64,000 bases of DNA from a virus, in IMG/VR virus record IMGVR_UViG_3300002483_000009, positions 7,149 to 71,148 of that record; one strand, 5' to 3'. Within the stretch, counting starts at the first letter, position 1, and each line of letters opens with the position of its first letter. The position numbers and the translations under genes are program-made. Below are positions 15,847 through 26,380 of the stretch, in pieces. The notes beneath the pieces were generated by a model that did not search any database, was not told where the DNA came from, and saw only the letters and a program-made list of their open reading frames with translations.

Positions 15847-18506
15847 GTTATATAGACGCACTATACAAAAAGGACGAAGACAGGATCTATGTTGTAGAAC
15901 GTGATCCCAAAAAAGGACGTGTGTTCGTAGAGTATGACGCTAGGTATGTGTTCTACTATCCTGACGCTAGGGGTAAACACAGGTCAATGACTGGCGAACC
16001 GTTGCAGAGGGTAATTTGCCAAACAAACAAAGAATTCATCAAGGAGCAGAGGATAAGATCCAACAAGCAACTTTATGAACATGATATCAATCCGGTATTC
16101 AGATGCTTGGAGGAGAACTACCTAGGTAAGGAAACTCCAAAACTGAATGTTATGTTTTTTGATATCGAGGTTGACTTCGATCCAGATCGAGGTTATTCAA
16201 CAACGGATGATCCGTTCATGCCTATAACTGCCATAAGTTGTTACATGGGTTGGACGGATCAACTGGTCACACTAGCAGTTCCGCCAAAAACAATCAGTAT
16301 GCAAGATGCGAAGGTGCTTACAGAACGTTTTCCTAACACAATGCTTTTTGAAAAAGAAAAAGATATGCTTGATGCATTTTTGCAACTAGTAGAAGATGCA
16401 GATATTTTATCAGGATGGAACAGTGAGGGTTATGATATTCCATACACTGTTGGAAGGATACAGAAAGTGTTGAGTGGTGATGACACAAGGCGACTTTGTT
16501 TCTGGGGCGAAAAACCAAAGAGGAGAGTGTTTGAAAAGTATGGCAGAGAACAGTTAAGTTTTGACCTTGTGGGTAGGGTGCATTTGGACTTGCTCGAACT
16601 ATACAGGAAATACACATATGAGGAAAGACACAGTTTCAGACTAGATGCAATCGGTGAACATGAACTTGGAGAAAAGAAAACAATATATGAAGGTTCTTTA
16701 GATAACCTGTATAAAAATGATTTTGGATTGTTTATAGAATACAACAGGCAGGATACTGCACTATTGGCCAAACTTGAGAAGAAACTAAAGTTTATAGAAC
16801 TTGCCAATGAGATTGCACACCAGAACACAGTGTTGCTTCAGACTACAATGGGTGCGGTTGCAGTAACTGAACAGGCGATAGTGAACGAAACACACAGACG
16901 TGGCATGATTGTTCCTGGTAGAAAATACAAGAAAGAGGGAGAAGAGAACCAACCGGCCGCGGGTGCATACGTTGCCACTCCACAAAAAGGTATACATGAC
17001 TGGATTGGTTCCATCGACATTAACTCACTGTATCCATCTGTCATTAGAGCACTGAACATGGGTCCTGAAACAATCGTAGGACAGATAAGACCTGTGATCA
17101 CATCAGCAGAAATAAACAGAGCCAAACATGCCAAGAAATCATTCGCGGCGGCATGGGACAGTCAGTTCGGGAGTTGGGAATATCAGGCAGTAATGAATAA
17201 GGAAAAAGGTACAGAAATAATTGTAGACTGGGAAGACAAAACAAGTGTGAGGATGAGTGCGGCACAACTTTATGATATTATATTCGACGGCAACAACAAA
17301 TGGATGTTGAGTGCGAATGGTACTATATTCACATACGAGTATGAAGCAATTATTCCAGGATTACTAAAACGTTGGTATGCAGAAAGACAGGAAATGCAAC
17401 AGAAAATGCGAGATTGTGCCGATAATGAAATTGAAAGGGAGTATTGGGACAAAAGGCAACTTGTCAAAAAAATTAATTTGAACAGTTTGTATGGCGCAAT
17501 ACTTAATCCAGGCTGTAGGTTCTTTGACATCAGGATAGGACAATCAGTCACCTTGACCGGTAGATGTATAACAAAACACATGGGAGCCAAAGTAAACGAA
17601 ATTGTTGCAGGCAACTATGATCACAAAGGTGAAAGTGTTGTGTATGGTGATACTGATTCAGTGTATTTTTCAGCACATAAAACATTGAAAAAAGAAATCA
17701 ATGATGGATTGATACCATGGACAAAAGAATCTGTAATTGGGTTATACGATAAAATTGCAGAAGAAGTCAATGGATCTTTTAAGGCATTCATGACCAAAGC
17801 ATTCCATTGTCCAACAACAAGAGGAGATGTAATTAAAGCAGGCAGGGAACTTGTTGCTTCGAAAGGATTATTCATAACAAAGAAAAGGTATGCAGTGTTA
17901 TACTATGACGTGGAAGGCAAACGTACAGATGTGGAAGGCAAAGAAGGCAAAATGAAGGCCATGGGACTAGATCTTAAACGTAGTGATACGCCTGTTTTTG
18001 TACAGGATTTTTTAAGTGACTTACTATACATGGTATTGACAGGCAAAACAGAAACAGAAGTACTGGAAAAAATAAGTGAATTCAGAGCAGAGTTCAAAGC
18101 AAGACCAGGTTGGGAAAAAGGTTCACCAAAAAGAGCAAACAATATGACAAAGTACACAGAAGCAGAAGAAAAACAAGGCAGAGCGAATATGCCTGGACAT
18201 GTGAGGGCAAGTATGAATTGGAATAAATGCAGAGAAATGTATGGAGACAAGTATTCTCTTCCTATCACCGATGGTGCAAAAGTAATTGTTTGTAAATTGA
18301 AAAACAATCCATTAGGTTATACTAGTATTGCATATCCTGTAGATGAAATGCGTATACCAGAATGGTTCAAAGAATTGCCATTTGATAGCGATGCAATGGA
18401 ATCAACAATACTAGATCAGAAAATTGATAATCTTATAGGAGTGCTAGGGTGGGACGTGCAATCAACTGAAACCACAAATACATTTAACAAACTATTTGAC
18501 TTCTAA
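15843..18506 (+). CDS. polB: Family B DNA polymerase with 3'-5' exonuclease
   Basis: FFDIE, DINSLYPS, KINLNSLYG, YGDTDS, KKRY; start at ATG 15843 (ATGA overlap). Confidence 0.95.
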   Translation: MSYIDALYKKDEDRIYVVERDPKKGRVFVEYDARYVFYYPDARGKHRSMTGEPLQRVICQTNKEFIKEQRIRSNKQLYEHDINPVFRCLEENYLGKETPKLNVMFFDIEVDFDPDRGYSTTDDPFMPITAISCYMGWTDQLVTLAVPPKTISMQDAKVLTERFPNTMLFEKEKDMLDAFLQLVEDADILSGWNSEGYDIPYTVGRIQKVLSGDDTRRLCFWGEKPKRRVFEKYGREQLSFDLVGRVHLDLLELYRKYTYEERHSFRLDAIGEHELGEKKTIYEGSLDNLYKNDFGLFIEYNRQDTALLAKLEKKLKFIELANEIAHQNTVLLQTTMGAVAVTEQAIVNETHRRGMIVPGRKYKKEGEENQPAAGAYVATPQKGIHDWIGSIDINSLYPSVIRALNMGPETIVGQIRPVITSAEINRAKHAKKSFAAAWDSQFGSWEYQAVMNKEKGTEIIVDWEDKTSVRMSAAQLYDIIFDGNNKWMLSANGTIFTYEYEAIIPGLLKRWYAERQEMQQKMRDCADNEIEREYWDKRQLVKKINLNSLYGAILNPGCRFFDIRIGQSVTLTGRCITKHMGAKVNEIVAGNYDHKGESVVYGDTDSVYFSAHKTLKKEINDGLIPWTKESVIGLYDKIAEEVNGSFKAFMTKAFHCPTTRGDVIKAGRELVASKGLFITKKRYAVLYYDVEGKRTDVEGKEGKMKAMGLDLKRSDTPVFVQDFLSDLLYMVLTGKTETEVLEKISEFRAEFKARPGWEKGSPKRANNMTKYTEAEEKQGRANMPGHVRASMNWNKCREMYGDKYSLPITDGAKVIVCKLKNNPLGYTSIAYPVDEMRIPEWFKELPFDSDAMESTILDQKIDNLIGVLGWDVQSTETTNTFNKLFDF

Positions 18507-18514
18507 ATAACCAT

Positions 18515-19330
18515 ATGCTGAGCATAGAAGAAATCAAACTACTAATTGAAAAACTAGAAAAAGTCAAAAAAGAAGACTTACAAAAGTTAATAGATTCGAA
18601 TCTAAAAATACTGCGTGATATAGCAACCGCGGTGGATGCCAATAACCAGGAATCAATCAACAGATATGATAAAACGCCAGAATGGTTTGTGAAAGATGTC
18701 GAAATGAAGAGAGCAAAACCAGTAACCGATGAATTCCTATACAGGATGGTGCAAACAAAAATATATCAATTTGCGAGAAACGGTGCTGAATTTAACAGTC
18801 TTGAAATTGGACCGGGATTTGGTACATTTTCAAAAGAATTTAGAGCATGGCGATTAAATTTCTTCCTTGACATAATACCGGAGTTTGAAAGGACAGTTCG
18901 TAGAAGATTCAATCCAGGCCACCAAAAATATATAAAATGGTACAACACCGATGAAAACAACTGGGGCCTAGATAATAGACATAAAATACCAACTGCATCA
19001 TGCAATTTTATCTTTAGTTGGGACACATTTGTGTTCTTTACACAAAAGCACATAGAGGAATATCTTAGACTGATAAAAAGGATATTGATTCCGGGTGGTT
19101 ATGTATTTTTGCAATACGCAGACTGCCATTATGATGTTGATTTACATAATGCAAAAAGAGGTTATTGGGCGTTCAACAACAAAAATGCAATGACCAAGAT
19201 GATTAAATCTGCTGGTTATGATGTTGTAGAAATGAGTCAATTCAGGCCAGGTGCCAATTTTGCCATTTTCCGTAAGCCTGGTAAACAAAATCCGGTTGTA
19301 TACAAAGTTTCTGAAATAACACTAGACTAA
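18515..19330 (+). CDS. Class I SAM-dependent methyltransferase
   Basis: LEIGPGFG motif I; LIPGGYVF; TAAATA at 18504-18509. Confidence 0.75.
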   Translation: MLSIEEIKLLIEKLEKVKKEDLQKLIDSNLKILRDIATAVDANNQESINRYDKTPEWFVKDVEMKRAKPVTDEFLYRMVQTKIYQFARNGAEFNSLEIGPGFGTFSKEFRAWRLNFFLDIIPEFERTVRRRFNPGHQKYIKWYNTDENNWGLDNRHKIPTASCNFIFSWDTFVFFTQKHIEEYLRLIKRILIPGGYVFLQYADCHYDVDLHNAKRGYWAFNNKNAMTKMIKSAGYDVVEMSQFRPGANFAIFRKPGKQNPVVYKVSEITLD

Positions 19331-19351
19331 GATCTAAATATACTATACAAT
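19323..19351 (+). promoter_or_regulatory. Sigma70-type promoter
   Basis: TAGACT-17nt-TACAAT; ATG 8 nt later. Confidence 0.5.
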
Positions 19352-19359
19352 AAGACATT

Positions 19360-20097
19360 ATGATAGACATCTTAAAAGACATCGTTAAGCACACGCATGG
19401 ACTGGGATTTTTAGATCTTGTTAAAATTACTGGTGATGACAAAGAAACCAATATCGACAGTATGGCAGAAGACAGATCAGTAATCTTGCAAGGGTCTTTT
19501 CACAAACCACAAGCGGAAATGTCTGGTACGTTTGGTATGCCTCAGATGGGTAAATTAGATATCCATTTAAAGTGTCCTGAGTACAAAGATAAAGCAAAGA
19601 TAACTGTATTGTCCGGCGAAAGAAATGGAGCCACAGTTCCAACAGGTATACACTTTGAGAATGAAAAAGGTGACTTTAAGAACGACTACAGATTTATGAA
19701 TGCTGAGATAATCAACGAGAAACTTAAGACTGTGAAGTTTAAGGGAGTTAAGTGGGACGTTGAAATAGAACCAACAGTGGCAAGTGTACAAAGATTCAAC
19801 TTCCAGGCAACAGCAAACACAGAACACAATTCATTCGTTGTAAGAACCGAAGATGGAAACCTGATATTCACATTCGGAGATCAAGCATCACATGGTGGTG
19901 AGTTTACGTTTGCAACTGACGTTAAGGGCACTCTTAACAAAGGTTGGAGTTGGCCGGTAGGACAAGTATTGCAGATCTTGAAACTATCTGATTCAGCGAA
20001 AGTCATGTTGCACTTCTCAAACGAGGGTGCTATGATGGTTTCTGTTGATTCAGGACTAGGCAAGTATCAATATATTATACCAGCACAGGCGCAGTAA
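19360..20097 (+). CDS. Probable DNA sliding clamp (gp45/PCNA-like)
   Basis: 245 aa alpha/beta pattern ending YQYIIPA; close to the polymerase. Confidence 0.55.
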   Translation: MIDILKDIVKHTHGLGFLDLVKITGDDKETNIDSMAEDRSVILQGSFHKPQAEMSGTFGMPQMGKLDIHLKCPEYKDKAKITVLSGERNGATVPTGIHFENEKGDFKNDYRFMNAEIINEKLKTVKFKGVKWDVEIEPTVASVQRFNFQATANTEHNSFVVRTEDGNLIFTFGDQASHGGEFTFATDVKGTLNKGWSWPVGQVLQILKLSDSAKVMLHFSNEGAMMVSVDSGLGKYQYIIPAQAQ

Positions 20098-21545
20098 TGA
20101 CTGAACAGAGTAGTAAGCAGGAACACTTAGGAGAGTTAAGTAGAGACTTTGCTGTATTCCTGCCTGCTATTTCGAACTTTTACAATACTTTCATATCAAA
20201 ACAAAGAGTATCAGAGGGCAAACACATAGCCGAAGAAAGAATTCCTAAAACATTCGAACACGGGGTAGAGTCATTGAACTTTATAAATCCAGACAAAGGA
20301 ATGTTCACTTATCCTACCGCATTGTATTCGGCAGGACATGCCTGTCTTGATATGGATAAGGTTGCAGACAGAGATCATATGTTTGTAAACAGAGATAGAA
20401 AGTTCAGTACAATAGTAGGCGACTCAGGTGGATATCAAATCGGCAAAGGTGTAATCAAATTTGATTGGAAAGACTTTGAAGGTAACAAAGCAAACAAAGT
20501 GAGATCTGATATACTGAACTGGCTAGAACTGACAAGCGATTGGGCAATGACACTAGACGTACCAACATGGGCGGCAGATGATTTGAACAGTCCTAAAACA
20601 GGGTTGAAAAGTTTTCAAGACACACTAGATGGAACAATATACAACAACAAATTTTTTCAAAAGAATAGATTAGGACAAACTAAACTATTGAACGTGCTAC
20701 AAGGCGACGATTGGAACACTGCACAGATATGGTATGATGCTGTAAAAGATTTCGAATTCGAAGGATGGGCAATGGGTGGTATCAATATGTGTGATATGGA
20801 AGTAATGCTCAAACGCCTAATCATAATGAGAGATGAAAAGAAACTTGACGGCAAAGATTGGATGCACGTACTGGGTACATCACAGATGGATTGGGGGTGT
20901 TATCTTACACAGGTACAGCGACAGGTTAGAAAACATATCAATCCAAATTTCACAATAAGTTTTGATAGTGCATCAGCATTTTTATCAACAGCGAACGGAC
21001 TTGTTTACACACACAACTCATTTGCCAATGACAGATTCTCATTCGTTATGGACAAGGCGCCGGATGACAAGAAATTGAAAGGTTCCGAAATACAATTTCC
21101 ATTCGATAGCGGTGTCGGACGTAGATTGAAGATGAAGGACGTGTGTTGGTATGGTGAGAAGGATCTAAACAAGAATGGTAAAATTGGTGCAACCAGTTGG
21201 GACAGTTTCAGTTATGTGTTAATGATGGCCCACAACGTATACAATCAAATCAGAGCGATACAGATAGCAAATGATTTAAATGATATCGAATCAATCAAAT
21301 ACAGACCAGAAGTAAAACATTGGCGGAAAACAAAAGCGTCAGACAAAACTGACGAGCCAAGTATATACGTTCCTAGGAATATATTGTATTTCAACACCCT
21401 AGTCGAAGAAGTATTCACAAGTGAGACCCCCATGGAAGTCATAAGCAATGCATCAAGTTATTTGGCAGACATTAGAGGCAACAGATGGGCAAGAGCAACA
21501 GGCGGTGGTAAAGGCACAAACAATTTCAGTTCATTATTCGAATAG
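20097..21545 (+). CDS. tRNA-guanine transglycosylase-like protein (DpdA-like 7-deazaguanine inserting enzyme)
   Basis: GDSGGYQ, TLDVP, NVLQG, HVLG and SFDSAS TGT motifs. Confidence 0.8.
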   Translation: MTEQSSKQEHLGELSRDFAVFLPAISNFYNTFISKQRVSEGKHIAEERIPKTFEHGVESLNFINPDKGMFTYPTALYSAGHACLDMDKVADRDHMFVNRDRKFSTIVGDSGGYQIGKGVIKFDWKDFEGNKANKVRSDILNWLELTSDWAMTLDVPTWAADDLNSPKTGLKSFQDTLDGTIYNNKFFQKNRLGQTKLLNVLQGDDWNTAQIWYDAVKDFEFEGWAMGGINMCDMEVMLKRLIIMRDEKKLDGKDWMHVLGTSQMDWGCYLTQVQRQVRKHINPNFTISFDSASAFLSTANGLVYTHNSFANDRFSFVMDKAPDDKKLKGSEIQFPFDSGVGRRLKMKDVCWYGEKDLNKNGKIGATSWDSFSYVLMMAHNVYNQIRAIQIANDLNDIESIKYRPEVKHWRKTKASDKTDEPSIYVPRNILYFNTLVEEVFTSETPMEVISNASSYLADIRGNRWARATGGGKGTNNFSSLFE

Positions 21546-21553
21546 GAGGAAGC

Positions 21554-21769
21554 ATGGCAACTGGTAACTTTAAGAAAAACAAAAGGCTAAAAAAGTTGAT
21601 TGACCATCACACCTATCTAAATAAGAAGGTAGAGGAACTTACCAAAGATAGGAAAAAAGATAGAAGTGATGAAAGCAAACAAATACTGATGCGTTTGAAG
21701 AAAACCAAATTGGCAACGAAGGACGCAATCGCTTCAGCAAAAGCAAAACTTGGTTTGACAAACAAGTAA
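21554..21769 (+). CDS. DUF465/YdcH-like small coiled coil
   Basis: RLKKTKLATKDAI; AGGAGG SD. Confidence 0.55.
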   Translation: MATGNFKKNKRLKKLIDHHTYLNKKVEELTKDRKKDRSDESKQILMRLKKTKLATKDAIASAKAKLGLTNK

Positions 21770-21782
21770 TTTGTAGTATAAT
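21755..21782 (+). promoter_or_regulatory. Sigma70-type promoter
   Basis: TTGACA-16nt-TATAAT; ATG 21789 lies 6 nt later. Confidence 0.7.
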
Positions 21783-21788
21783 AGAAAC

Positions 21789-22319
21789 ATGGACAGAGAT
21801 TACAAAACAGGCAAGAGTGATAGTATAGGTATATTTTCAGGATTGGAAGTAGAACACACTCCAGCATATGGCAAACAGACACTATTCCTAGCAAGAAACG
21901 ATTTAACATTTCATAAAATTAAAGAAATTGCGGAAAAGGTAAATGCAGAAGCCATTTACTATGGTGCAAACAGAACATACATGCATAACCACGGAATGCA
22001 ACTGGCACAAATGAAAAAATTTATCGAGGACGGTTATTTTGTAACTGTTGATTATGATTACAGCATACACAAAGAAGTAAAAGAAAAATTTAATATGTTA
22101 TGGAACAATGAAAAATTCATTCCATTCTGTTCAGTAATATTTCCAAATAGTGAAGAAGATGATCAACTTTGCATAAAGGTTGATGATGTCGATTTCAACA
22201 AAACTAATCCAGGAGTTTGGACGATGAGCATGAATCATTTCAAGCAGTCAGCAGGATTCACATCTTGGAAAGAATACAAACAAGACGAACCAATAGAGGA
22301 GAAACAATGGGCAACGTAA
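21789..22319 (+). CDS. Hypothetical protein in the deazaguanine cluster
   Basis: 176 aa between the TGT-like and QueD-like genes. Confidence 0.75.
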   Translation: MDRDYKTGKSDSIGIFSGLEVEHTPAYGKQTLFLARNDLTFHKIKEIAEKVNAEAIYYGANRTYMHNHGMQLAQMKKFIEDGYFVTVDYDYSIHKEVKEKFNMLWNNEKFIPFCSVIFPNSEEDDQLCIKVDDVDFNKTNPGVWTMSMNHFKQSAGFTSWKEYKQDEPIEEKQWAT

Positions 22320-22780
22320 TAGATGACATGTATAATGTTCCAGATGTTGAGACTAAAAGAGAACAAGCACTAAAGGAACAAGCGGCAAAAGGATCAAAAA
22401 TGATATGGGTTACATTCAGGAAAGAAGGTATCCACAAATATCCAGCGGCGTTGGACGATCCAAAATTAAAAACTGGTGATATGTATGATGTATCATTTCT
22501 AGGATATCCACACAGACACATATTCCACTTCAAAGTGGCCATAGAAGTGTTTCATGACGACAGGGACATAGAGTTCATACAATTCAAAAGATGGATGGAA
22601 AATATGTATGCAGATGGCACAATGAAACTTGATTTTAAATCTTGTGAAATGATATCAGATGATTTATACACAGCGATAGCAAAAAGATATCCAGGAAGAA
22701 AAATTGAAATAGACGTAAGCGAAGATGGTGAAAATGGAAGCCATGCGGTTTACGAAGTGCCAGTAATGGGCGGAATATAA
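22307..22780 (+). CDS. queD: QueD-like / 6-pyruvoyltetrahydropterin synthase-like T-fold protein
   Basis: EGIH...PHRHIFH metal His residues, SCE, VSEDGENG; SD GAGGAG before ATG 22307. Confidence 0.65.
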   Translation: MGNVIDDMYNVPDVETKREQALKEQAAKGSKMIWVTFRKEGIHKYPAALDDPKLKTGDMYDVSFLGYPHRHIFHFKVAIEVFHDDRDIEFIQFKRWMENMYADGTMKLDFKSCEMISDDLYTAIAKRYPGRKIEIDVSEDGENGSHAVYEVPVMGGI

Positions 22781-23109
22781 TGAAAGAGATTCATATACAA
22801 CAAAAACGAGCAACAACTAGAATGGGACATTTACCCGTAGAGGGTGGTGGCTTGAATGCTGGATATGATACAGTTGATGCGGTGGCAAACATCTGCACAA
22901 CGGCAGGTAATCTTGGCATGAAGTATGGCAAGGACTTTATCTGGGCATACGCAGGATACGAAGAAGTAGGGGACGATCTTGAAGATTGTATTACACTTAT
23001 GGTTAAGGAAGACAAATACGAATCGTTCTTGCAACTTGCCATTCAAAATAATCACAAAATAAAACATACAAACACAGGAACAGTAAAACTTATAAAGGAG
23101 AGAACATAA
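22780..23109 (+). CDS. Hypothetical protein
   Basis: 109 aa coupled ORF. Confidence 0.7.
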   Translation: MKEIHIQQKRATTRMGHLPVEGGGLNAGYDTVDAVANICTTAGNLGMKYGKDFIWAYAGYEEVGDDLEDCITLMVKEDKYESFLQLAIQNNHKIKHTNTGTVKLIKERT

Positions 23110-23661
23110 ATGAAAGTACCATACACAAATTTTAAAACTAGAACAGGCGACGACACAGCAGTAGGTGGTTGCGGATTTATAGGTGGTGAATGGAAAGACG
23201 TAGACACAGTTGAAATTTTTGATAACAAGAAAATTGTCGTTTTTGCACTTCCAGGAGCATTTACGCCCACTTGTAGTTCACAGCAGTTGCCAGGTTATGA
23301 AGAACTGTATGATGAAATCAAAGCACAGGGTGTCGACGAAATTTACTGTCTTTCAGTAAACGATGCTTTTGTAATGAATGCTTGGTTTAAAAATCAAGAT
23401 ATCAAGAAGGTCAAGCCAATAGGAGATGGTGAAGGTGTTTTTACACAAGGTGCAGGATTTCTTGTAAGCAAACCGGCACAGGGTTTCGGAATGAGATCAT
23501 GGAGATATTCTATGTATGTCGAAAACGGAACTATTGTAAAACAGTTTGTTGAAGAAGGACAAAACAATTCAAGTGAAGACAATGATCCATTTGAAGTATC
23601 AGATGCAAAAACCATGTTGGAATTCTTGAAAGACCTTAAAGCAAAAAGGGGAAATGTATAA
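23110..23661 (+). CDS. Peroxiredoxin (Prx5 type)
   Basis: LPGAFTPTCS, SVNDAFVM, RSWRY. Confidence 0.92.
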   Translation: MKVPYTNFKTRTGDDTAVGGCGFIGGEWKDVDTVEIFDNKKIVVFALPGAFTPTCSSQQLPGYEELYDEIKAQGVDEIYCLSVNDAFVMNAWFKNQDIKKVKPIGDGEGVFTQGAGFLVSKPAQGFGMRSWRYSMYVENGTIVKQFVEEGQNNSSEDNDPFEVSDAKTMLEFLKDLKAKRGNV

Positions 23662-23974
23662 ACCATTACCAGACGGATTGACTGTGAGGGAATCTGATGT
23701 GCAGGGTCTCGGACTATTTGCAACAAAGGATTTCGACGCTGACGTTGTGTTAGGAATAGTGCATATTCGGAATAAAAATTTTCCACATGGAGCAATTAGA
23801 ACTGCCTTAGGAGCATTTTACAATCATTCAGATAATCCGAATTGTAGGAATGTAAAAGGTTTTTGGCATCAATTACCAGTACATTACCTAATGACTACCA
23901 AAACAATCAAGGCCGGAGATGAACTTACAGCAGAATATAGTTTGTATAAAGATTTCAGTGACAAATGGGATTAA
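23654..23974 (+). CDS. SET-domain protein (lysine methyltransferase-like)
   Basis: GLGLFA, YNHSDNPN, IKAGDELTAEY. Confidence 0.8.
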   Translation: MYKPLPDGLTVRESDVQGLGLFATKDFDADVVLGIVHIRNKNFPHGAIRTALGAFYNHSDNPNCRNVKGFWHQLPVHYLMTTKTIKAGDELTAEYSLYKDFSDKWD

Positions 23975-23986
23975 AGGAGTTATAAT
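23958..23986 (+). promoter_or_regulatory. Sigma70-type promoter
   Basis: GTGACA-17nt-TATAAT; ATG 23993 lies 6 nt later. Confidence 0.6.
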
Positions 23987-23992
23987 AAACGT

Positions 23993-25159
23993 ATGAAGAT
24001 ATTTTACATGGGATTAGAATCTTATCAAGCAAGATACACTTTTCAATTGACTGACTGGACAAAAAGAGCATATGACAAACGTGGCGTGAAGTATGAAATT
24101 GTTCCAGGCGAAACAATAGATGATTCAGAAGCAATAGTAACAGGACAGGTGCTAGATGCACATGGCAGAAGTTATTTCAGCATGAGCCAGATGATGAACT
24201 TGGTCAAGATGCTGAAGGCAGGAGAGATCACAAGTAAGGACGCAATTTTCTTTGAGGATATGTTCCAACCAGGAATGGAATCACTTCCTTATATTTTACA
24301 ACAGACACCTGAGAAGTACAGACCAACAATATACTTGCGTTGTCTGGCACAGGCAATTGATCCTGATGATTTCGTACACGTATGGGGTATGAGCAAATGG
24401 ATGAGTTTATACGAGCAGATGTGCAACGAGATTCCAAATGTTGTAATATTGGCCAGCAATGAAGAAATGGTGGCAAACATGAGAATAGCAAACTGGAAGG
24501 CACCCATATACAACATATCAGGATTGAGTTTTGGAAAAGAAGAGGTTCAAGGTAGAGTAGAACAGAAGCCATTCATAGAAAGAAAACAGAGAGTGGTTTT
24601 TGGTGCAAGATGGGATCAAGAGAAGCAACCACAATTCTTTATGGATCTAATTCAAGCATATAAAAAGAAACATCCAGAGACAGAATTTGCAATATGTCAG
24701 GGTGGTCCTTTGAGATCAAACAATGACTATTACGTGAAAGAAGCCAAATATCTAGAAAAAGAAGGATTACTTACAATTCATGAAAATTTGAAAAAAAATG
24801 ATTACTACAATATACTTGCTGATTCGAGAGTACTATTCAATTGTGCTTTACAGGACTGGACATCTAACACTGTGTCTGAAGCAGATGCTTTAGGCTGTAA
24901 TGTTCTTTTTCCGGCATACAGATCTTTCCCAGAAGTATTTGCAAATGACCACACAAGATTGTATGTGCCATGGTCACAGGAAGATGCAATGAACAAGTTA
25001 GAATTACTATTAAGCAAACCATCCCCTAGTATGGGTCAAATATCAGATTGGACAAACGGCACAATCGACAGAATGTTAGACATCATGACAGGCAAGGGTG
25101 AACAATGGAGAAGAGATGGACAACACTATAGAACACCAGTATCAGAGCCCAAGTATTAA
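23993..25159 (+). CDS. GT-B fold glycosyltransferase (GT4-like)
   Basis: ARWDQEKQP, then ALQDWTSNTVSEA...GC...P...SFPE. Confidence 0.75.
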   Translation: MKIFYMGLESYQARYTFQLTDWTKRAYDKRGVKYEIVPGETIDDSEAIVTGQVLDAHGRSYFSMSQMMNLVKMLKAGEITSKDAIFFEDMFQPGMESLPYILQQTPEKYRPTIYLRCLAQAIDPDDFVHVWGMSKWMSLYEQMCNEIPNVVILASNEEMVANMRIANWKAPIYNISGLSFGKEEVQGRVEQKPFIERKQRVVFGARWDQEKQPQFFMDLIQAYKKKHPETEFAICQGGPLRSNNDYYVKEAKYLEKEGLLTIHENLKKNDYYNILADSRVLFNCALQDWTSNTVSEADALGCNVLFPAYRSFPEVFANDHTRLYVPWSQEDAMNKLELLLSKPSPSMGQISDWTNGTIDRMLDIMTGKGEQWRRDGQHYRTPVSEPKY

Positions 25160-26153
25160 AGGTCTGAGCAAGGCAGTGCTAGTCACGGGCGGAGCCGGAT
25201 ATGTGGGTTCACATACCTGTAAGTTTTTGGTCAAGAACGGATTCACACCAATAACCATAGACAGAGATCTAAGATTAAAACACAAACCTGTTTCATTTGG
25301 TCCATCATATGATATAAATCTACCACAGGAAATCGACAGGCTTGACGAGATAATAAAAAGATACAATGTAACAAGTTGTATACATTTTGCCGGCAGTGCC
25401 TCTGTGTCCGAATCAGTGGTAAATCCATCGGAATATTATAAGAACAATGTTATTGCAACTGTTGTACTTCTAGACAAGTTGATAGAGTGTGGTGTGAAAA
25501 CATTTGTTTATAGTTCTAGTGCGGCCACTTATGGTGATCCAGGATTGAAAATGTGTAAAGAATCTGACTGGGCAAAACCAATTAGTTCTTATGGAGCCAG
25601 TAAACTGATGATGGAAATGATATGCAAAGATTATTTGAGAGCATATGGACTATCAAGTGTTGGCTTAAGATATTTCAATGCGGCTGGTGCCGATCCAGAT
25701 GCAGAAGTAGGAGAATTAAGAGATCGTGAAACACATATAATACCACTTGCAGTGGCGGCCGCCAAACAAGGTAAAACGTTCAAGATGTTTGGTGACAAGT
25801 ATGACACTCCAGATGGTTCATGTGTAAGAGATTATGTCCATGTAATGGATCTTGCAGATGCACACGTTAAGGCGTTGAACTATGCCAATGACAATTCAGT
25901 GTCAGAAGTATTCAATTTAGGATCAGGAGCACCTGCGTCTAACAAAGAATTGCTTGATGCTGTGCAGAAACATGCAGGCGCTATGAACATCGAGATACAT
26001 GACAACAGACCGGGAGATCCAGCATACCTGGTCGCTGACATATCAAAGGTAAAAAGCATTTTAGGTTGGGAACCAGCACAGAGTTCTATTGACAACGTGG
26101 TGGCAACTGCTGTAAAATGGTATAACAAGACTCACAAGAAGGAGATACAATGA
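25116..26153 (+). CDS. galE: UDP-glucose 4-epimerase
   Basis: VTGGAGYVGSH, SSSAATYG, YGASK, LRYFNAAGA, RDYVHV. Confidence 0.92.
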   Translation: MDNTIEHQYQSPSIKGLSKAVLVTGGAGYVGSHTCKFLVKNGFTPITIDRDLRLKHKPVSFGPSYDINLPQEIDRLDEIIKRYNVTSCIHFAGSASVSESVVNPSEYYKNNVIATVVLLDKLIECGVKTFVYSSSAATYGDPGLKMCKESDWAKPISSYGASKLMMEMICKDYLRAYGLSSVGLRYFNAAGADPDAEVGELRDRETHIIPLAVAAAKQGKTFKMFGDKYDTPDGSCVRDYVHVMDLADAHVKALNYANDNSVSEVFNLGSGAPASNKELLDAVQKHAGAMNIEIHDNRPGDPAYLVADISKVKSILGWEPAQSSIDNVVATAVKWYNKTHKKEIQ

Positions 26154-26380
26154 CAGACTCAGAAGAAAAGCAAAGAGCACTAGACGCCTCTATGGAAAAT
26201 GAGAGTGTGGGACACAAAGACAACTATGGTCCTATGGTGCAAATATCAATCAAAGAATATGACAAGTTGAAAGAAAGATCTAAATATATCACAGACAGAG
26301 ACATGATTGCCGTGATAGACAAAATTGAAGAATTGGTTAGAGCATTGAGAAAACATATCGTTAGATTGGACGTAGAATAA
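26150..26380 (+). CDS. Hypothetical protein
   Basis: 76 aa coupled ORF; AGGAG SD. Confidence 0.65.
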   Translation: MTDSEEKQRALDASMENESVGHKDNYGPMVQISIKEYDKLKERSKYITDRDMIAVIDKIEELVRALRKHIVRLDVE

